Of a stretch of DNA of 64,000 bases, positions 23,291-35,500 are shown in pieces; the stretch's first letter is position 1; every line of letters starts with the position of its first letter. Origin of the DNA: Octopus sinensis (Eukaryota). The DNA is taken from contig NC_042998.1 of assembly GCF_006345805.1 (NCBI RefSeq), forward strand, positions 7,812,001 to 7,876,000, read 5' to 3'. The notes under the pieces were generated by a model. That model was not told where the DNA came from. It saw nothing but the letters and a program-made list of their open reading frames with translations, and made no database searches. Position numbers and translations under genes: made by a program.

Positions 23291-23355
23291 AAGCGCATCG
23301 TGACCAGCGACGTGTAGCAACATCTGATAGCCTGGTCAGTCACATGATCACGTGA
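23291..23355 (+). mobile_element. SINE family C2, 3' tail fragment
   Basis: GAAGCGCATCGTGACCAGCGACGTGTAGCAACATCTGATAGCCTGG matches the C2 tail. Confidence 0.7.
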
Positions 23356-23366
23356 TATATATATAT

Positions 23367-23558
23367 TACGGAGATGTACTTGCATAGCAAGTGACCTGAT
23401 CTGAGATCGTGTGTGCTGGAACGAAAACAATTGCAGCGTGGAAGGTGTTTATAAGCCATTAAGAAACACACAAAAGCCGTTCGATTCACTTCAACATTTG
23501 AATTTAATTTGTCAAAATATTTTCGTCGCTTTGAGACCGCGACCTGTTCATTGACAAA
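23367..23558 (-). mobile_element. ~190-bp non-coding element, hammerhead family 3, copy 2
   Basis: Near-identical to 22918-23111. Confidence 0.75.
23508..23558 (-). ncRNA. Minimal hammerhead-like fold with variant core
   Basis: TTTGTCA-ATGAACA-G-GTCGC(9 nt)GCGAC-GAA-AATATT-T-TGACAAA: 7-bp helix I, 5-bp helix II, palindromic helix III. Confidence 0.55.
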
Positions 23559-24222
23559 CCTTTTTCACGCACATATTTGCGTATACATGTACACGTGCAT
23601 ATGAGTCTGTGCATTTTTATATGTGTATATATACAAGTTTTGTTTAATTGGTATATTTTCGCAATAAATTCCCTTTCAATGGATATATCCTTATACACAT
23701 TCATTCTTACCTCTCTAAAAGATTTATTACTATATTGTATTGAAGGCCATTTTCCCGCTCTCTTTTTTTAATTCTTCTCACCACACAAGCATATTTAGTT
23801 TCTCTCTACTTTAATTCCGAGTCTCATGCTTTCTCACTTTTCATTCTTTCTCCTGACGGAGTCATTTGTTTAGCTTATATTGTATTTCCATTCATAAACC
23901 TATTGACCCACTAATCACCGTCTGCCACAGACCACATTACTGAAACAATACATGATAGAATTCAAACCCTTTATGACCTTAAAACCTGTTCCACCAACAT
24001 CGTAAAACAATCCGCCTACCTAACCCGAAGTATTTACCAGCATAATTGTTTATAACTTTTCAATTAACGACCATTGCCACCTCAGCGCATGATATTCAGT
24101 AAATTCTCACCTCCACACACACACATACGCCCACAAATCAAAGCCACTTTAGCTCCAGACTAAATATAAGCCAAACACCTTTTCGTCATTGTGAAAACAC
24201 AATCAAGGTAAAAACTAAATTT

Positions 24223-24342
24223 AGGAATGGCTGTGTGGTAAGAAGCTTGCTTCCCAACCATATAGTGCCGGGTTCAGTCCTACTGCGTAGCACCTTGGGA
24301 AAGTGTATTCTACTATAGCCTCAGGTCGACCACAGCCTTGTA

Positions 24343-24343
<1 letters not shown>
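24223..24343 (+). mobile_element. SINE family B, 5' part
   Basis: TGGCTGTGTGGTAAG head and CACCTTGGGAAAGTG; ends at (TA)n. Confidence 0.75.
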
Positions 24344-24414
<71 letters not shown>

Positions 24415-24417
24415 ATA

Positions 24418-24646
24418 TGGCGTTGTGAGTGTTTATTGAGCGAAAACACCTAAAAGCTCCACGAGGCCCCGGCAGGGGGTGGTGGCGATTCCTGCTGTAC
24501 TCTTTCGCCACAACTTTCTCTCACTGTTTCTTCTGTTGGCCTGCTCGCTTAGCCAGCGGGGTGGAGTCATTTGAAGGCTAAAACAATGCGAAGCGCATTG
24601 TGACCAGCGATGTGTAGCAACATCTGATAGCCTGGTCGGTCACGGT
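24418..24646 (+). mobile_element. SINE family C2, 5'-truncated
   Basis: Match to 10884-11179. Confidence 0.85.
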
Positions 24647-24652
24647 CTTTCA

Positions 24653-24851
24653 AAATGTGACCTCGTGTGTACCGTTGACGATTTTTTTCCTCTGTCTTCC
24701 CTTCTCTGGATCTTTCCTTCTCCTATGTTTCCGACGAAGAGCTCCGCTCGAAACGTTAAACCCTCCTTCTTTCCTGAGCGTCAAATAATACTATATTTGT
24801 TCCACGTCCTCGCGTTGTTGTGTTTTTTTGTGCTTTCTTGTTTGGATTAAC
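24653..24851 (+). mobile_element. Hammerhead family 2 element, copy 2
   Basis: Near-identical to 9075-9269. Confidence 0.8.
24727..24761 (+). ncRNA. Minimal hammerhead ribozyme, U4C core variant
   Basis: GTTT-CCGACGA-A-GAGC(TCC)GCTC-GAA-ACGT-T-AAAC. Confidence 0.65.
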
Positions 24852-24879
24852 TATATATATATATATATAGACATATATG

Positions 24880-25060
24880 TATTTGTGTGTTTTTGTCTGT
24901 GTTTACGTCCTCGAAACTTATCGGTTCGACAAAACAGACCGATAGTATAAGTACCAAGCTTACAAAGAATAAGTCCAGAGGTCGATATCTTCGACTAAAA
25001 GGCGGTGCTCCAACATGGCCACAGTTAAAATGACTGAAACAAATAAAAGAATAAAAGAAT
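24880..25060 (+). mobile_element. SINE family B, 3' half
   Basis: GGCGGTGCTCCAACATGGCCACAG...TGACTGAAACAAATAAAAG tail. Confidence 0.8.
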
Positions 25061-25135
25061 ATATACACACATACATACTCACAGAGACAAACGAACGCAC
25101 ACACATATACACACATACGCTAATGTATATTTAGA

Positions 25136-25203
<68 letters not shown>

Positions 25204-25532
25204 TTGCGTATTATTATATTTATTTTCTCAAGACTGTTTTTATACAGTTTATTACCCTTTATATACGCAATTAAATTTGGTCTTCTGTGAAACCTGAAAG
25301 TCCTTACTAAGTTTTTTGTCAGCAGGAAAATTAAAAACTCATAACTGTCACGATTTAAACAGATTTCTGTCTTACAAACAGTGACCGAAACGCTGGAATG
25401 TGAAACGTCACACAGAGTTAAGATTGAAAGAGTATTATTCACACACACACGCATACACACACACACACAGAGCTACACACACACACACACACACACAGAG
25501 CTACACACACACACATATATATATATATATAT

Positions 25533-25919
25533 GTGGAGGCGCAATGGCCCAGTGGTTAGGGCAGCGGACTCGCGGTCATAGGATTGCGCTTTCGATTCCC
25601 AGACCGGGTGTTGTGAGTGTTTATTGAGCGAAAACACCTAAAAAAGCTCCACGAGGCTCCGGCAGGGGATGGTGGTGATCCCTGCTGTACTCCTTCACCA
25701 CAACTTTCTCTCACTCTTACTTCCTGTTTCTGTTGTACCTGTATTTCAAAGGGCCGGCCTTGTCACTCTCTGTGTCACGCTGAATATCCCCGAGAACTAC
25801 GTTAAGGGTGCACGTGTCTGTGGAGTGCTCAGCCACTTACACGTTAATTTCACGAGCAGGCTGTTCCGTTGATTCGGATCAACCGGAACCCTCATCGTCG
25901 TAACCGACGGAGTGCTTCC
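25533..25919 (+). mobile_element. SINE family C1, full length
   Basis: Match to 9990-10379. Confidence 0.9.
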
Positions 25920-25983
25920 TTCCTATATATATATATATATAGGAAGGAAGCACATGGATATCTATCCATCCATCCATCCATCC

Positions 25984-26016
<33 letters not shown>

Positions 26017-26619
26017 CCTATCTATCTATCTATCTATCCATCCATCCATCTATCTAACTATTTATCTATCTATCTATCTATCTATCTATCTGACGTTCTT
26101 ATATATATATATATATATAGATAGAGAGAGAGAGAAGGAGGCGAGAGAGGAGGAAGAGAGATAGGTAGATAGATACATAGATATGACGGAGAAAGTTCCA
26201 TATGGAAATAAGATGTATATAAGTAAATTGAGAAAGAGATTGCGAGATATGCGCGCTCGGGTATATATAATGTTTCATGACAGAATCACAGACCTGTAAA
26301 TAAAATTGTATTAAATGCAATTAACAAATTACCGTATATTTTGAGCATTGTTTACGAATAAAATCTTACTTTTAACCGTAAGTTTTTCTTTCCAGTTTAA
26401 TACCTCGCTCTTCTGACATTTTGCTATTCTCTCCAGCTCAGCTATTTCACTCATTTTTCTACCTGTATAACTCACACACAAACAAACATTGCCGCAACTC
26501 GCAATCTCATTTTCCCTCTCTCTTTCTCTCTCTTCTTCTTACCAGTCTTATATTTGTCTGTTTACCCTATATCTACAGCCTACTTCTATCTATCTATCTA
26601 TCTATTCTATGAACCAAAA

Positions 26620-26970
26620 GAAAAAAACGAAAAGAAAAAAGAGACCCACTTACTGTAATGTGTTTTCTTTTTGCCTGACACTATTACCCAAGGTTCCCGT
26701 GGTCTTTTCCGTAGGCTTTTCTATCCACGGACAAACCTACTCTGTTTTCCCTTTTTTTTTCTGTGATACACGATCCCTACTGAGCGGTGCCATTTTTTTT
26801 TCACGATCCTTTTTGATCGGAATTGTCACCCCTTTTCTTTTCACGATCCATTTTCATCGGAATTCGCCCTCCTTTTTTTTATTCCCCTTCTCTTCTTCCG
26901 ACCCCCCCCCCCCCCAGATCTACTTTGTATTTTGTCCCTTGTGTTTAGCCCTGCGTGGCCAATAAAGAAA
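26620..26970 (+). mobile_element. Probable LINE 3' UTR fragment ending in an A1-like tail
   Basis: Pyrimidine-rich sequence with an internal tandem duplication; ends TTGTCCCTTTGTGTTTAGCCCTGCGTGGCCAATAAAGAAA before (TCTA)n. Confidence 0.5.
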
Positions 26971-27008
26971 TCTATCTACGTATCTATCTATCAATCTATC
27001 TATCTACG

Positions 27009-27062
<54 letters not shown>

Positions 27063-27231
27063 ACAGTGTCACTTCGTTTGTCTATCCAGTTACGAATAAT
27101 AACCTAAATTAAAAAGTCATCTATTGTCTGTTACATTACTTTGCTCTTTAGTGAATTTGTTGCATTAATTGTCTTTCATTTTAGTAAACTACACATAACT
27201 GCACCGACATAGCTGTGTGCGCACGTTAACG

Positions 27232-27283
<52 letters not shown>

Positions 27284-27639
27284 ATATATATACAGAGAGA
27301 GAGAGAGAGAGAGAGAGATGCATATATGTATGTATAAAACCAATGCCTTTTTGTAGTTTGTCCTTGTACCGTTTCCAATCATCGCCATAATACAATTACT
27401 ATTGCCATTGTGTAATCACGAGTATAATTGCTATTATAAAATGATGAATTTAAGCCATTTAATTATTTATTATAAACTATCTATTTATTATGGTAATAAT
27501 AAAATATTAGGGTTTCATATCGAACATTTAAGGTGAGAGTTCTTCTAGAAAATATTTAAGAGCAACACTAGAATGATTGATGTGACTTCATATAGTGTCG
27601 ACATAACTGATTTGATTTCGTAGTTGCATTTATGTGTGT

Positions 27640-28331
27640 AGAAAATACAAATTAGTATATCAGAGGAACCATCCTCGTATTGTCTTCAATAAATTTATGC
27701 TGGAGAGCATCGACTTCAGTAACAAGTACTGCAAACCCCATATACTTTCGAACTGTGTACTGCAGGTGTCCCCAGCCATCGGGCTGCAGGCTTGTACCGA
27801 CAGTGGATCATTTGCTACCGGCCCACATAGAAAAATAGATTTTAAAATTTTATTCTTATTCTATTGACAATCGCAGTCTAGAGGGTGTTTTTACATAATA
27901 TACGTTATATATATATATATATACGTTATATATATATACTATATGAATATGCATGTACATAACATGTATGCCACAGAATCTCTCGAAACTAGTCGCCGTT
28001 ATCTAAGCTTAATAATATTATCTATGAATAAAAACAATCAATATCAATGTAATTTCCAGAAGCCATGAGTCCACAAACACTTTCCATTTCACTAGCAGCA
28101 TGAAGGACAAGTCAGAACAAGGAAACTACCATATAAAAATTTCCCAAACAAGCATAACAAATATGTAATCCCATCATCAGCTGCTACACAAGTATCACTA
28201 TAGTTTCGGCGCTGTGTGATACCATCCACTTCGGCGGGGTCAGCAGTGTTTAAAAATATAAACGCTACCCAGGAATCAATAGTACTTAACAGGAGTGAAA
28301 CATATGCAATAAGTAGATCATATATTGTCCT
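27640..28331 (-). pseudogene. Possible decayed rhodopsin-family GPCR
   Basis: 79-codon hydrophobic stop-free frame at 28331-28092; SDLSFMLL and TSFERFCGI (27987-27970) motifs in a shifted frame; several stops. Pattern match only. Confidence 0.25.
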
Positions 28332-29962
28332 TTAGTGTGTTTTGTTATGTGTGTTATCACCCAGTCTGCAGAAAAATTGTCTTGTGTGAAATCGGTCTTT
28401 GGTGCAAAAATGGTTCGGGAACACTGGTCGAGTGAATAACCTATTCAAGAAGATTATGAAGTTTGATAGAATATTTTAAATAATTGCTTCGCATACTGGA
28501 ATTTCTTTCTTAAGTATTTCTGTACGAAGATGAACTTCTTCCTGGAACAAATTTAAACACCCCCCCCCACACACATACAATTTTATGTGTATTTCGGCAA
28601 GATTTGGGTCATTATTATGCAACTTTATTTCGGTAAGTCATAACTTCATCCTCTTCAACCAAATGTATACACTCTGCCGTGTAAGTCCCAACCATGTAAT
28701 TATATTATTGAAAATAAGGAATATTTTTCCTCTGATATATTTGACTCATGAGGTACTTATTCATTAGTAGAACAATGTTTTGGGAAACATCTGGTTTCGC
28801 TTAGTTACCTCGCTATCATCTGAAAACTACTCTCTATTTATTTTCTTTCCTTTACATACTGATATCTATTTAAGTACTTGTTAATACACAGGCAACGTTT
28901 ATGATTATTAGAACACAACATATGACGATATATATGGCGGATTCTAAAAAATGTAGGTAAGTTCCCGAAGAGAATACAGCCTAGCTGTCCATTCTGAAAC
29001 ACAACGCGCAATCAGAATATATTCGAAAGGTACGTAAGGAGCAGAATCCATTCCATATAAAATGTTCAATATTCGAAAGCCCAAGTAAATTTATAAATGG
29101 TTGAAACAGATGTGATTTTTTGCATCACTGAATAATTTTATGTAGCGCACCATACTAGAGTAAATCTGAATCCAAAATCGAAACTCATCTCATATTTTAA
29201 AAAGGAATTACATGATTTATGAAATCCACTCTTCTTTTTATTTGTACCTTGTCACATAATCAACAATTTCAGTACCTTCTGCCAACTGCTTTTTCCCTTC
29301 TCGTCTACTAATACAATACAATAAGTGTCTATGCGATGCGAATCGTTTGAAACTCGAGTATCAATTAAAATCTCTAGTTCCCAAGCATAAGATATACCTA
29401 TGTACATGCATACACACACACGCATACACACACCCACACACACATTTGTGTTTGTGAATGTCTTTGTAAGTGCGTAAATGCGTGTTACTCAGTTACCTCC
29501 TCATTAAAATATTTAGCAATTTTAGCCCACGTTTTATTCTCTAACCGTTTACTAGTATAAATTGTTCAAATGTTTTCTGTCTCTACAGCAACACGTCTTT
29601 CAAAGCATTCAGATTTAAATGCTCACCTTTCTCTGTAAAGTACTAAATAAGAATTTGTAGCTATTATGTGACCGAATTATATTAAATATCTTTACCATAA
29701 AATCTGTTTTATAATAATGTCTGTTGATTAAAATATTCTTTGATACCATAACCCCATGTGATAATCTTTTGCTGGATTCAATCATTGGACTGCAACCATA
29801 CTGAGGCATTTCTTTCAAAGGTATAGTACTTCACAACAAACCCAATGCTTATTTTCAAATCTGGTATAGATGTTACGTTGTCTAAGTTACGAACCGCTAA
29901 GATTCGAGAAATAAACTAGGAAATGCAAACACAAACTTGTAGAAACAAACGCGAGCGAGCGT

Positions 29963-30021
<59 letters not shown>

Positions 30022-31733
30022 CACACGAACTCGCGTACATATACGAACGACCTTCCATAGAGTTTCCGTTTATCAGATTTCACTCACACTTCGGTTGACT
30101 CGAAGTTATAGTGAAAGACATTTTCCCCATGTCCCTCTCTGTACATCGAAGCTAAAACTGTGTTCAACCAAACGAACTTCTTAGCCATACGACCATGCCT
30201 GCGCTTAAATCAACAATTAATTAATTAATTAATTAATTTAACAGTGAATAAGTTCATACGAAACAAAAGTAAACCAAGAATCACGCTGATTATTCGAGAA
30301 TAAAAAAACATGAATCAGTAATTGTTCTTGAAAAAAATTCCTCTGTCTAAATACTTGATAAAGAATCTATTCATGTCTCTCTTTTTTCATTATTATACAA
30401 TTCTTTCGTGGGTGATATTATTGTTAAATGGGATAGTCTATATGCATGCAAGTTGTATGCATGTTTATTAATTTATAAACAAATCAAAGAATATATGCAT
30501 GAAAATTCTTTTAAAATGCCACAATCAGAATTGTATAAATATGCAATAACTTTTTCAAGTTTGAGGAATTTCTAAACCTTTCACATAATAGATTTTTTTG
30601 TTTCATTGAATATTTATGAACTTTTATTAATGGAATTGCTCTATTATTTGCATATTCATTTGTGCTTGTTGATAGGAATTCTTTTCAGTTTATTTATAGC
30701 ATTCATGGTTTCACCATCTGTCTATGCACATGTGAGTCTGTGTATATACTTCATTTTAATATCAGGTCGTACAATGTAGAATTCAATTGTATATGAGACA
30801 ATTTCGATTGACTAAGTCAGCTGAAGCAAATGAATTCACATATTTAGATAGCTCAGATGGATATGTAGATTATATTGATAAGAAACAAAAGCTATATATA
30901 TAGTGACAATTTAATAAAGATTTAGCAAATGTTTATCGTTATTAAAACTTCTATTCATTCTTTCCCTTGTTTTTAGTATAACATATCTGGAAAAAACATT
31001 TTCCCTCGTGAATTCTGTTACAGCTAAAAGAGGAAAGAAATAAAATTATACAATCTAATATCTTGTTTTCTCATTAATATGTAAACAGTCTCTCTTTCCT
31101 GTGAGTAGTATATAATAATAATGAATGAAACTGAATCGAATAATATCAAATACATAATTTGTAAGTGCGTTTTAAATTAGTCGAGAATATTTTAAAACCG
31201 TTTTGAACGATAGAGAGTGAAAGAGAGAAAATGTGATAGAGAAGCAACGGAATGAAATCAGCAGAACTAAATATGATGAACATTCTTTCAATAAAACACG
31301 GTGAATATGACCCACACTTATTTTTATTATATGTGGATTTCTATTACAGAATATATTCAGCAAGTGTGGATATCCGTTATAAGCTATATGGGAACCTGTT
31401 CTAGAAGATTTTGAGGCTCTTTCGACATTTCACATGGTAAATGTCACTTTTATGTCAAATATTGTGGATTAATTAGTTGCAGGGTTGTATGGTTAACTGG
31501 TGCATTTAAGTCGGGAGAAAATGTCTTTAAATCTAGCTTCTGTGAAACGGAAACGACAAAATAATTTCAAAGAACCGTTCGTCTGACTTTGTTTTATAGT
31601 TCGTTGCGAAATGTTGGTAAACATTTAAGTAAAATATAACAGCACCCGATCTTTGGTCCTTGTGTATATGTGTACAAATACACATACACGCGTGTGTGTA
31701 TATGTGTATATTTATGTATACATTTAAACACAC

Positions 31734-31809
<76 letters not shown>

Positions 31810-31811
<2 letters not shown>

Positions 31812-32090
31812 TTATAAAATTCGTTCTATCTGTCTGTGTGTGTGTGTGTCTTCTAGGATCTCGGGCATCCTCCATCCGATTGCGCTCAAATTTGATATGT
31901 AGATACCGGCGTGTATAAGTCTTGAAAAAATTACAAAAATCGATTCCAGGTGAGAATGCGATCGATAAAGCCGTTTTTGTCCTGCTTTTCTTCCGTCAAC
32001 CTGTACATAACTGCACCTTCCATTTTTTGTTGTTTTTGTACTGCTTAAAGGCACGTTTCTTTCCTGCCAAGCTTACTGTTTTAACCATGT
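31810..32090 (+). mobile_element. Helitron-like non-autonomous element, 5' fragment
   Basis: TATAAAATTCG-TCTATCTGTCTG(TG)n-CCGATTGCGCTCAAATTTG organisation; resemblance only. Confidence 0.4.
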
Positions 32091-32157
32091 TTGTGTTCTC
32101 CCAGTCAACAGCCTTATCATTACTGGTACTTTAAATTCTTCGGTTGCATATATGTGA

Positions 32158-33900
32158 TTTTATTACTACCCACAAGGGGCGAACATAGAGGGGACAATAC
32201 AATCGGGGAACTTAAAATAAGAAAGCGAAATGACAAGAAAAGGAAAAAATAAAAGTAAAAAATGACATATGAAAGAATATTTACAATGAGATGTAAATGC
32301 CCACTCGATCCCCGGAATCGAGAGGTTACATTTTCGTCACATATATTTCACAATATTTTCTTTTTTCTCTTCTTTCTTCTCTCTCTTCTCACAGTTCTAT
32401 ACGTATTCCATAATACCTTTCAATTCTCTAAAGTCAATCACTGAGCCCTCAGGCAGCCGCTCTTTCACTCGAACACCCGTGTAAAATATTACACTCTCTC
32501 CGGCAGCTCTGAGGAACTCAGCGACTCTTTCTTCGGGGATTAGAGCAGTCTCCTGCCACTGATCGGTCATCCTGTTGACCCATATATGTCCCTCCGTATT
32601 ACATGTCAATTCTTTCATTTCAGGGCAGAAATGGAAGGTTATTAACTTGTAGTAATCTTGTTTCCGTCCTACGTTTTCCTCGTTTTTCTTTTCGGGCTTA
32701 TTTCTTCCTTGTTCTCCTCTTTGTTTCTCTCTTTCTCTCTTTTTGCCTTCTTTTCTTCTTCTTCCTTCTCTTGTCTTTTGGTTCTTTGTCTTTCTCTCTT
32801 TCTCTCGTGTTTATGTTCCTTTTCTTTTTCTTTTTGTGCCGTCTTTTCTTTTCGTTTGGTTCTGATCTCTCTCTTGTTTTTTTCCTGTTGTTTCTTTTTC
32901 CTTTTTCTTTCCTGACTCTGTTTTGGTTCTATTCTTTCTTTTCTTTATTTCTTTTTCCTTCGTTGACTTATTATTTCCTTTCTCTTGTTGCTTTGTCTCC
33001 TTTTCTATGTTTTCTTTTTCATTTACCGTATTCTTCTTTTCTTCAATTTCCTGCTCGCACTCCGCTATGAATTCGTATAACGGGCACTCTTTTTTAATGT
33101 GTCCCCTTGTCCCGCACAAGTAGCAGTTTGGCTTTCTTCCCTCTAAATTACACTGAGGGTTTTCTCATCTTCAATTCTATTTTGTAGGGGAACCTTTCAA
33201 TGTCCTCTTTTGTGGCCATCAAACACAGTTCTACCCCATATCCTCTCCAGTTTACCGCGTGGACTCCTTAAAGGATTCCACCTCCACTTCCTCTTCTGCT
33301 GCTCCTAGAATAGCTGTTGCCAGCCATTCTGTTTTTACTTCTGGGGGTATATTCGGGATTTTAACCCGGACCCCTCTTCTTCCCTTGTATGAGGGCCACA
33401 TTATAAATGTTTCCGCTCTTAGTACAGTGGTAGCCAGTGAGGCTGCAATTTCTTCCGTTGCACATCTCACCTCCACCGTACCAAATTTCTTGCCTCTACT
33501 CACGTAGGTCAATTTCCCCATTATGTCTCCAGACATTTTTCGATTTCTGCTATCTCCACTCTTGCCAGTTTCTTTGTATTTTTGTCTTGGGTTCTATATG
33601 TTACAGTCTTGTTTTCTTTGTCCTCTTTTGCTTCGCGGGGGGGATTAGCTTCACGCTATCACCCTCCCTTTTGAATAGCTTTTCATATTCTTTGAGTTTA
33701 CTCTTCTCAAAGAAAACAACCTTCACGATTATTGACGACTCATTATTTTTCTTTCCCGTGACCCCCGCGTAAGTCGCCATGACTAGAGGGTCAATTCACC
33801 TTCTTCGGAAGGTTTCCACACGTGGAGGCAAACGCCTCGCGCGATATTAATCACTTTACACAACAAAATTTCAACGTCTAATCACAGATAACAACACACT
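32158..33900 (-). mobile_element. ORF1-only L1/Tx1-like non-LTR retroelement (HAL1-like), ~1.75 kb
   Basis: Frameshifted gag-like ORF1, then a ~240-nt 3' UTR and a tail nearly identical to SINE A1; no ORF2. 5' boundary approximate. Confidence 0.75.
32397..33780 (-). pseudogene. Frameshifted L1/Tx1-type ORF1p (RRM-like region, CCHC zinc knuckle, Lys/Glu-rich linker, C-terminal domain)
   Basis: ATG at 33780 (MATYAGV); RGKKFGTVEVRC...VRVKIPNIPPEVKTEWL; VILEGRKPN-CYLCGTRGHIKKEC (CX2CX4HX4C at 33125-33084); stop at 32397; at least 4 frameshifts. Confidence 0.8.
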
Positions 33901-34116
33901 TGGGTAAATTTCCTCCATGTGTGAATAAAATCGTTTTTCTTTGGAACAGAAAAAAGTCCATCTTTATTTCTTCTTTTGACGGTATCTCAAATTTAGGTTA
34001 AATCAGTGTTTCTCAAAGGGGAGGCCTATGGGACGGTCGGACAAGTTGTTTTGAGAAAATTTAGTTTAAACATTTGACAATTCAGCACCGTCCATTGGAC
34101 GGGGGGCGTTTTGTTC

Positions 34117-34147
<31 letters not shown>

Positions 34148-34153
<6 letters not shown>

Positions 34154-35052
34154 CATCCTATAAATAATGCGATTTTTTTTCAATTGCGCTGTTTGTGCTG
34201 ATTGAAACGAAAAAACCAGCGTGCTTCCGTGAAATTCTGCTTTCTGCTGGGGTAAACGGCGACCGAAACAGCTTACAAGGAGGTTGCCAAGAGCAAAATA
34301 CAAATTGCTCACAGCAAGATCAAAAGTAGTCACGACTGAATGCGTGTCGTGAACTGAAAGAACTGCTAGAAGTTGATCGAGACCTTTTTTTTCGGAGGTA
34401 ATTACTGGTAACGAAAGCTGGCGCTACGGCTACGATCCGGAAACGAAGCAACAACCAAGTCAAAGAAGCAATCAATATCACCACACCCACCAAAAAGCGC
34501 GTCAAGTGAAGTCCAATGTCAAGACGATCCTGGTTTGTTTCATCGACGCGGAAGGAATTGTCCACACAGAATTTGATCCTCCTGGTCAAACTGTTAACCA
34601 GACGTTTTAGTTAGAAGTTCTGAAGCGTTTGCGAGGCGAAAACGGTACGACCTGTGCCAAAGTGGAGAGTAGTGGTTTCATCATGACAATGTGCCTGCGC
34701 ACACCACCTTGAGTGTGAGGCAGTTTTTAATCAAAAATGGCATGACCCCACTACCCACCCCCTATCCATCCGATCTTGATCCCTGTGTCTTTCATTTGTT
34801 CACCCGAATGAAAAAGGTACTTAAAAGAAAACGTTTAGCAGATGTGGAAGATAGGAAGAAAAGAAAAACGACGGAGGCGTTAAAAGGCATCACTTCGCAA
34901 GAGTTCCAGGACTGCTTCGAACAAGGGCAAACGACCCCGGACCGTGGTATTGCTTCAAATGGAGAATACTTTGAAGGCGATAAAGATGTAAACGTAAAAC
35001 TAAGTGAATAAAATGATATTGCAAAATTCCGGTTTCTTCTGGGTCCTCCTCG
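34148..35052 (+). mobile_element. Internally deleted, decayed mariner (DD34D) transposon
   Basis: RASVKFCFLLG*TATET (HTH), VITGNESWRYGYDPETK, HHDNVPAH, YPSDLDPCVF, GEYFEG motifs; right TIR ...GGGTCCTCCTCG followed by TA. Confidence 0.9.
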
Positions 35053-35332
35053 TATATATATATATATAATATATATATATAATATATATATATATTAATA
35101 TATATATAATAAGTCTCTGAGCGAGGTATAAAGAGTAGCTGCACGACATCGTGAAGTATATATGCCACTTAAATGTGGCTAACCCCTAAGGGTGGACGCT
35201 GCTACTGTAGCTTGTAGCCCCAGGAGGACACCTCCTCCAGCTGCCTATTGACACACTGTCTGTGCCCTATCAGTATTTGCACAGGGAAGCCATCCTTCCC
35301 GTCTTCAACCTATGATACACACAAACTATGTA

Positions 35333-35369
<37 letters not shown>

Positions 35370-35500
35370 GTGTATGTATGTATGTATGTATGTATGTATA
35401 TGCAAAAAAGGGTGGAATATAATTAATTTAATAAAATTAATAAATTTCACCTAGTAGATTTATCGGTATGGAAAAGACCATATTTGTTAAGGGTTATAAT

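Noticed and set aside
32603-33070. 155-aa hydrophobic plus-strand ORF resembling a membrane protein
   Set aside because: Antisense of the Lys/Glu-rich linker of the minus-strand ORF1
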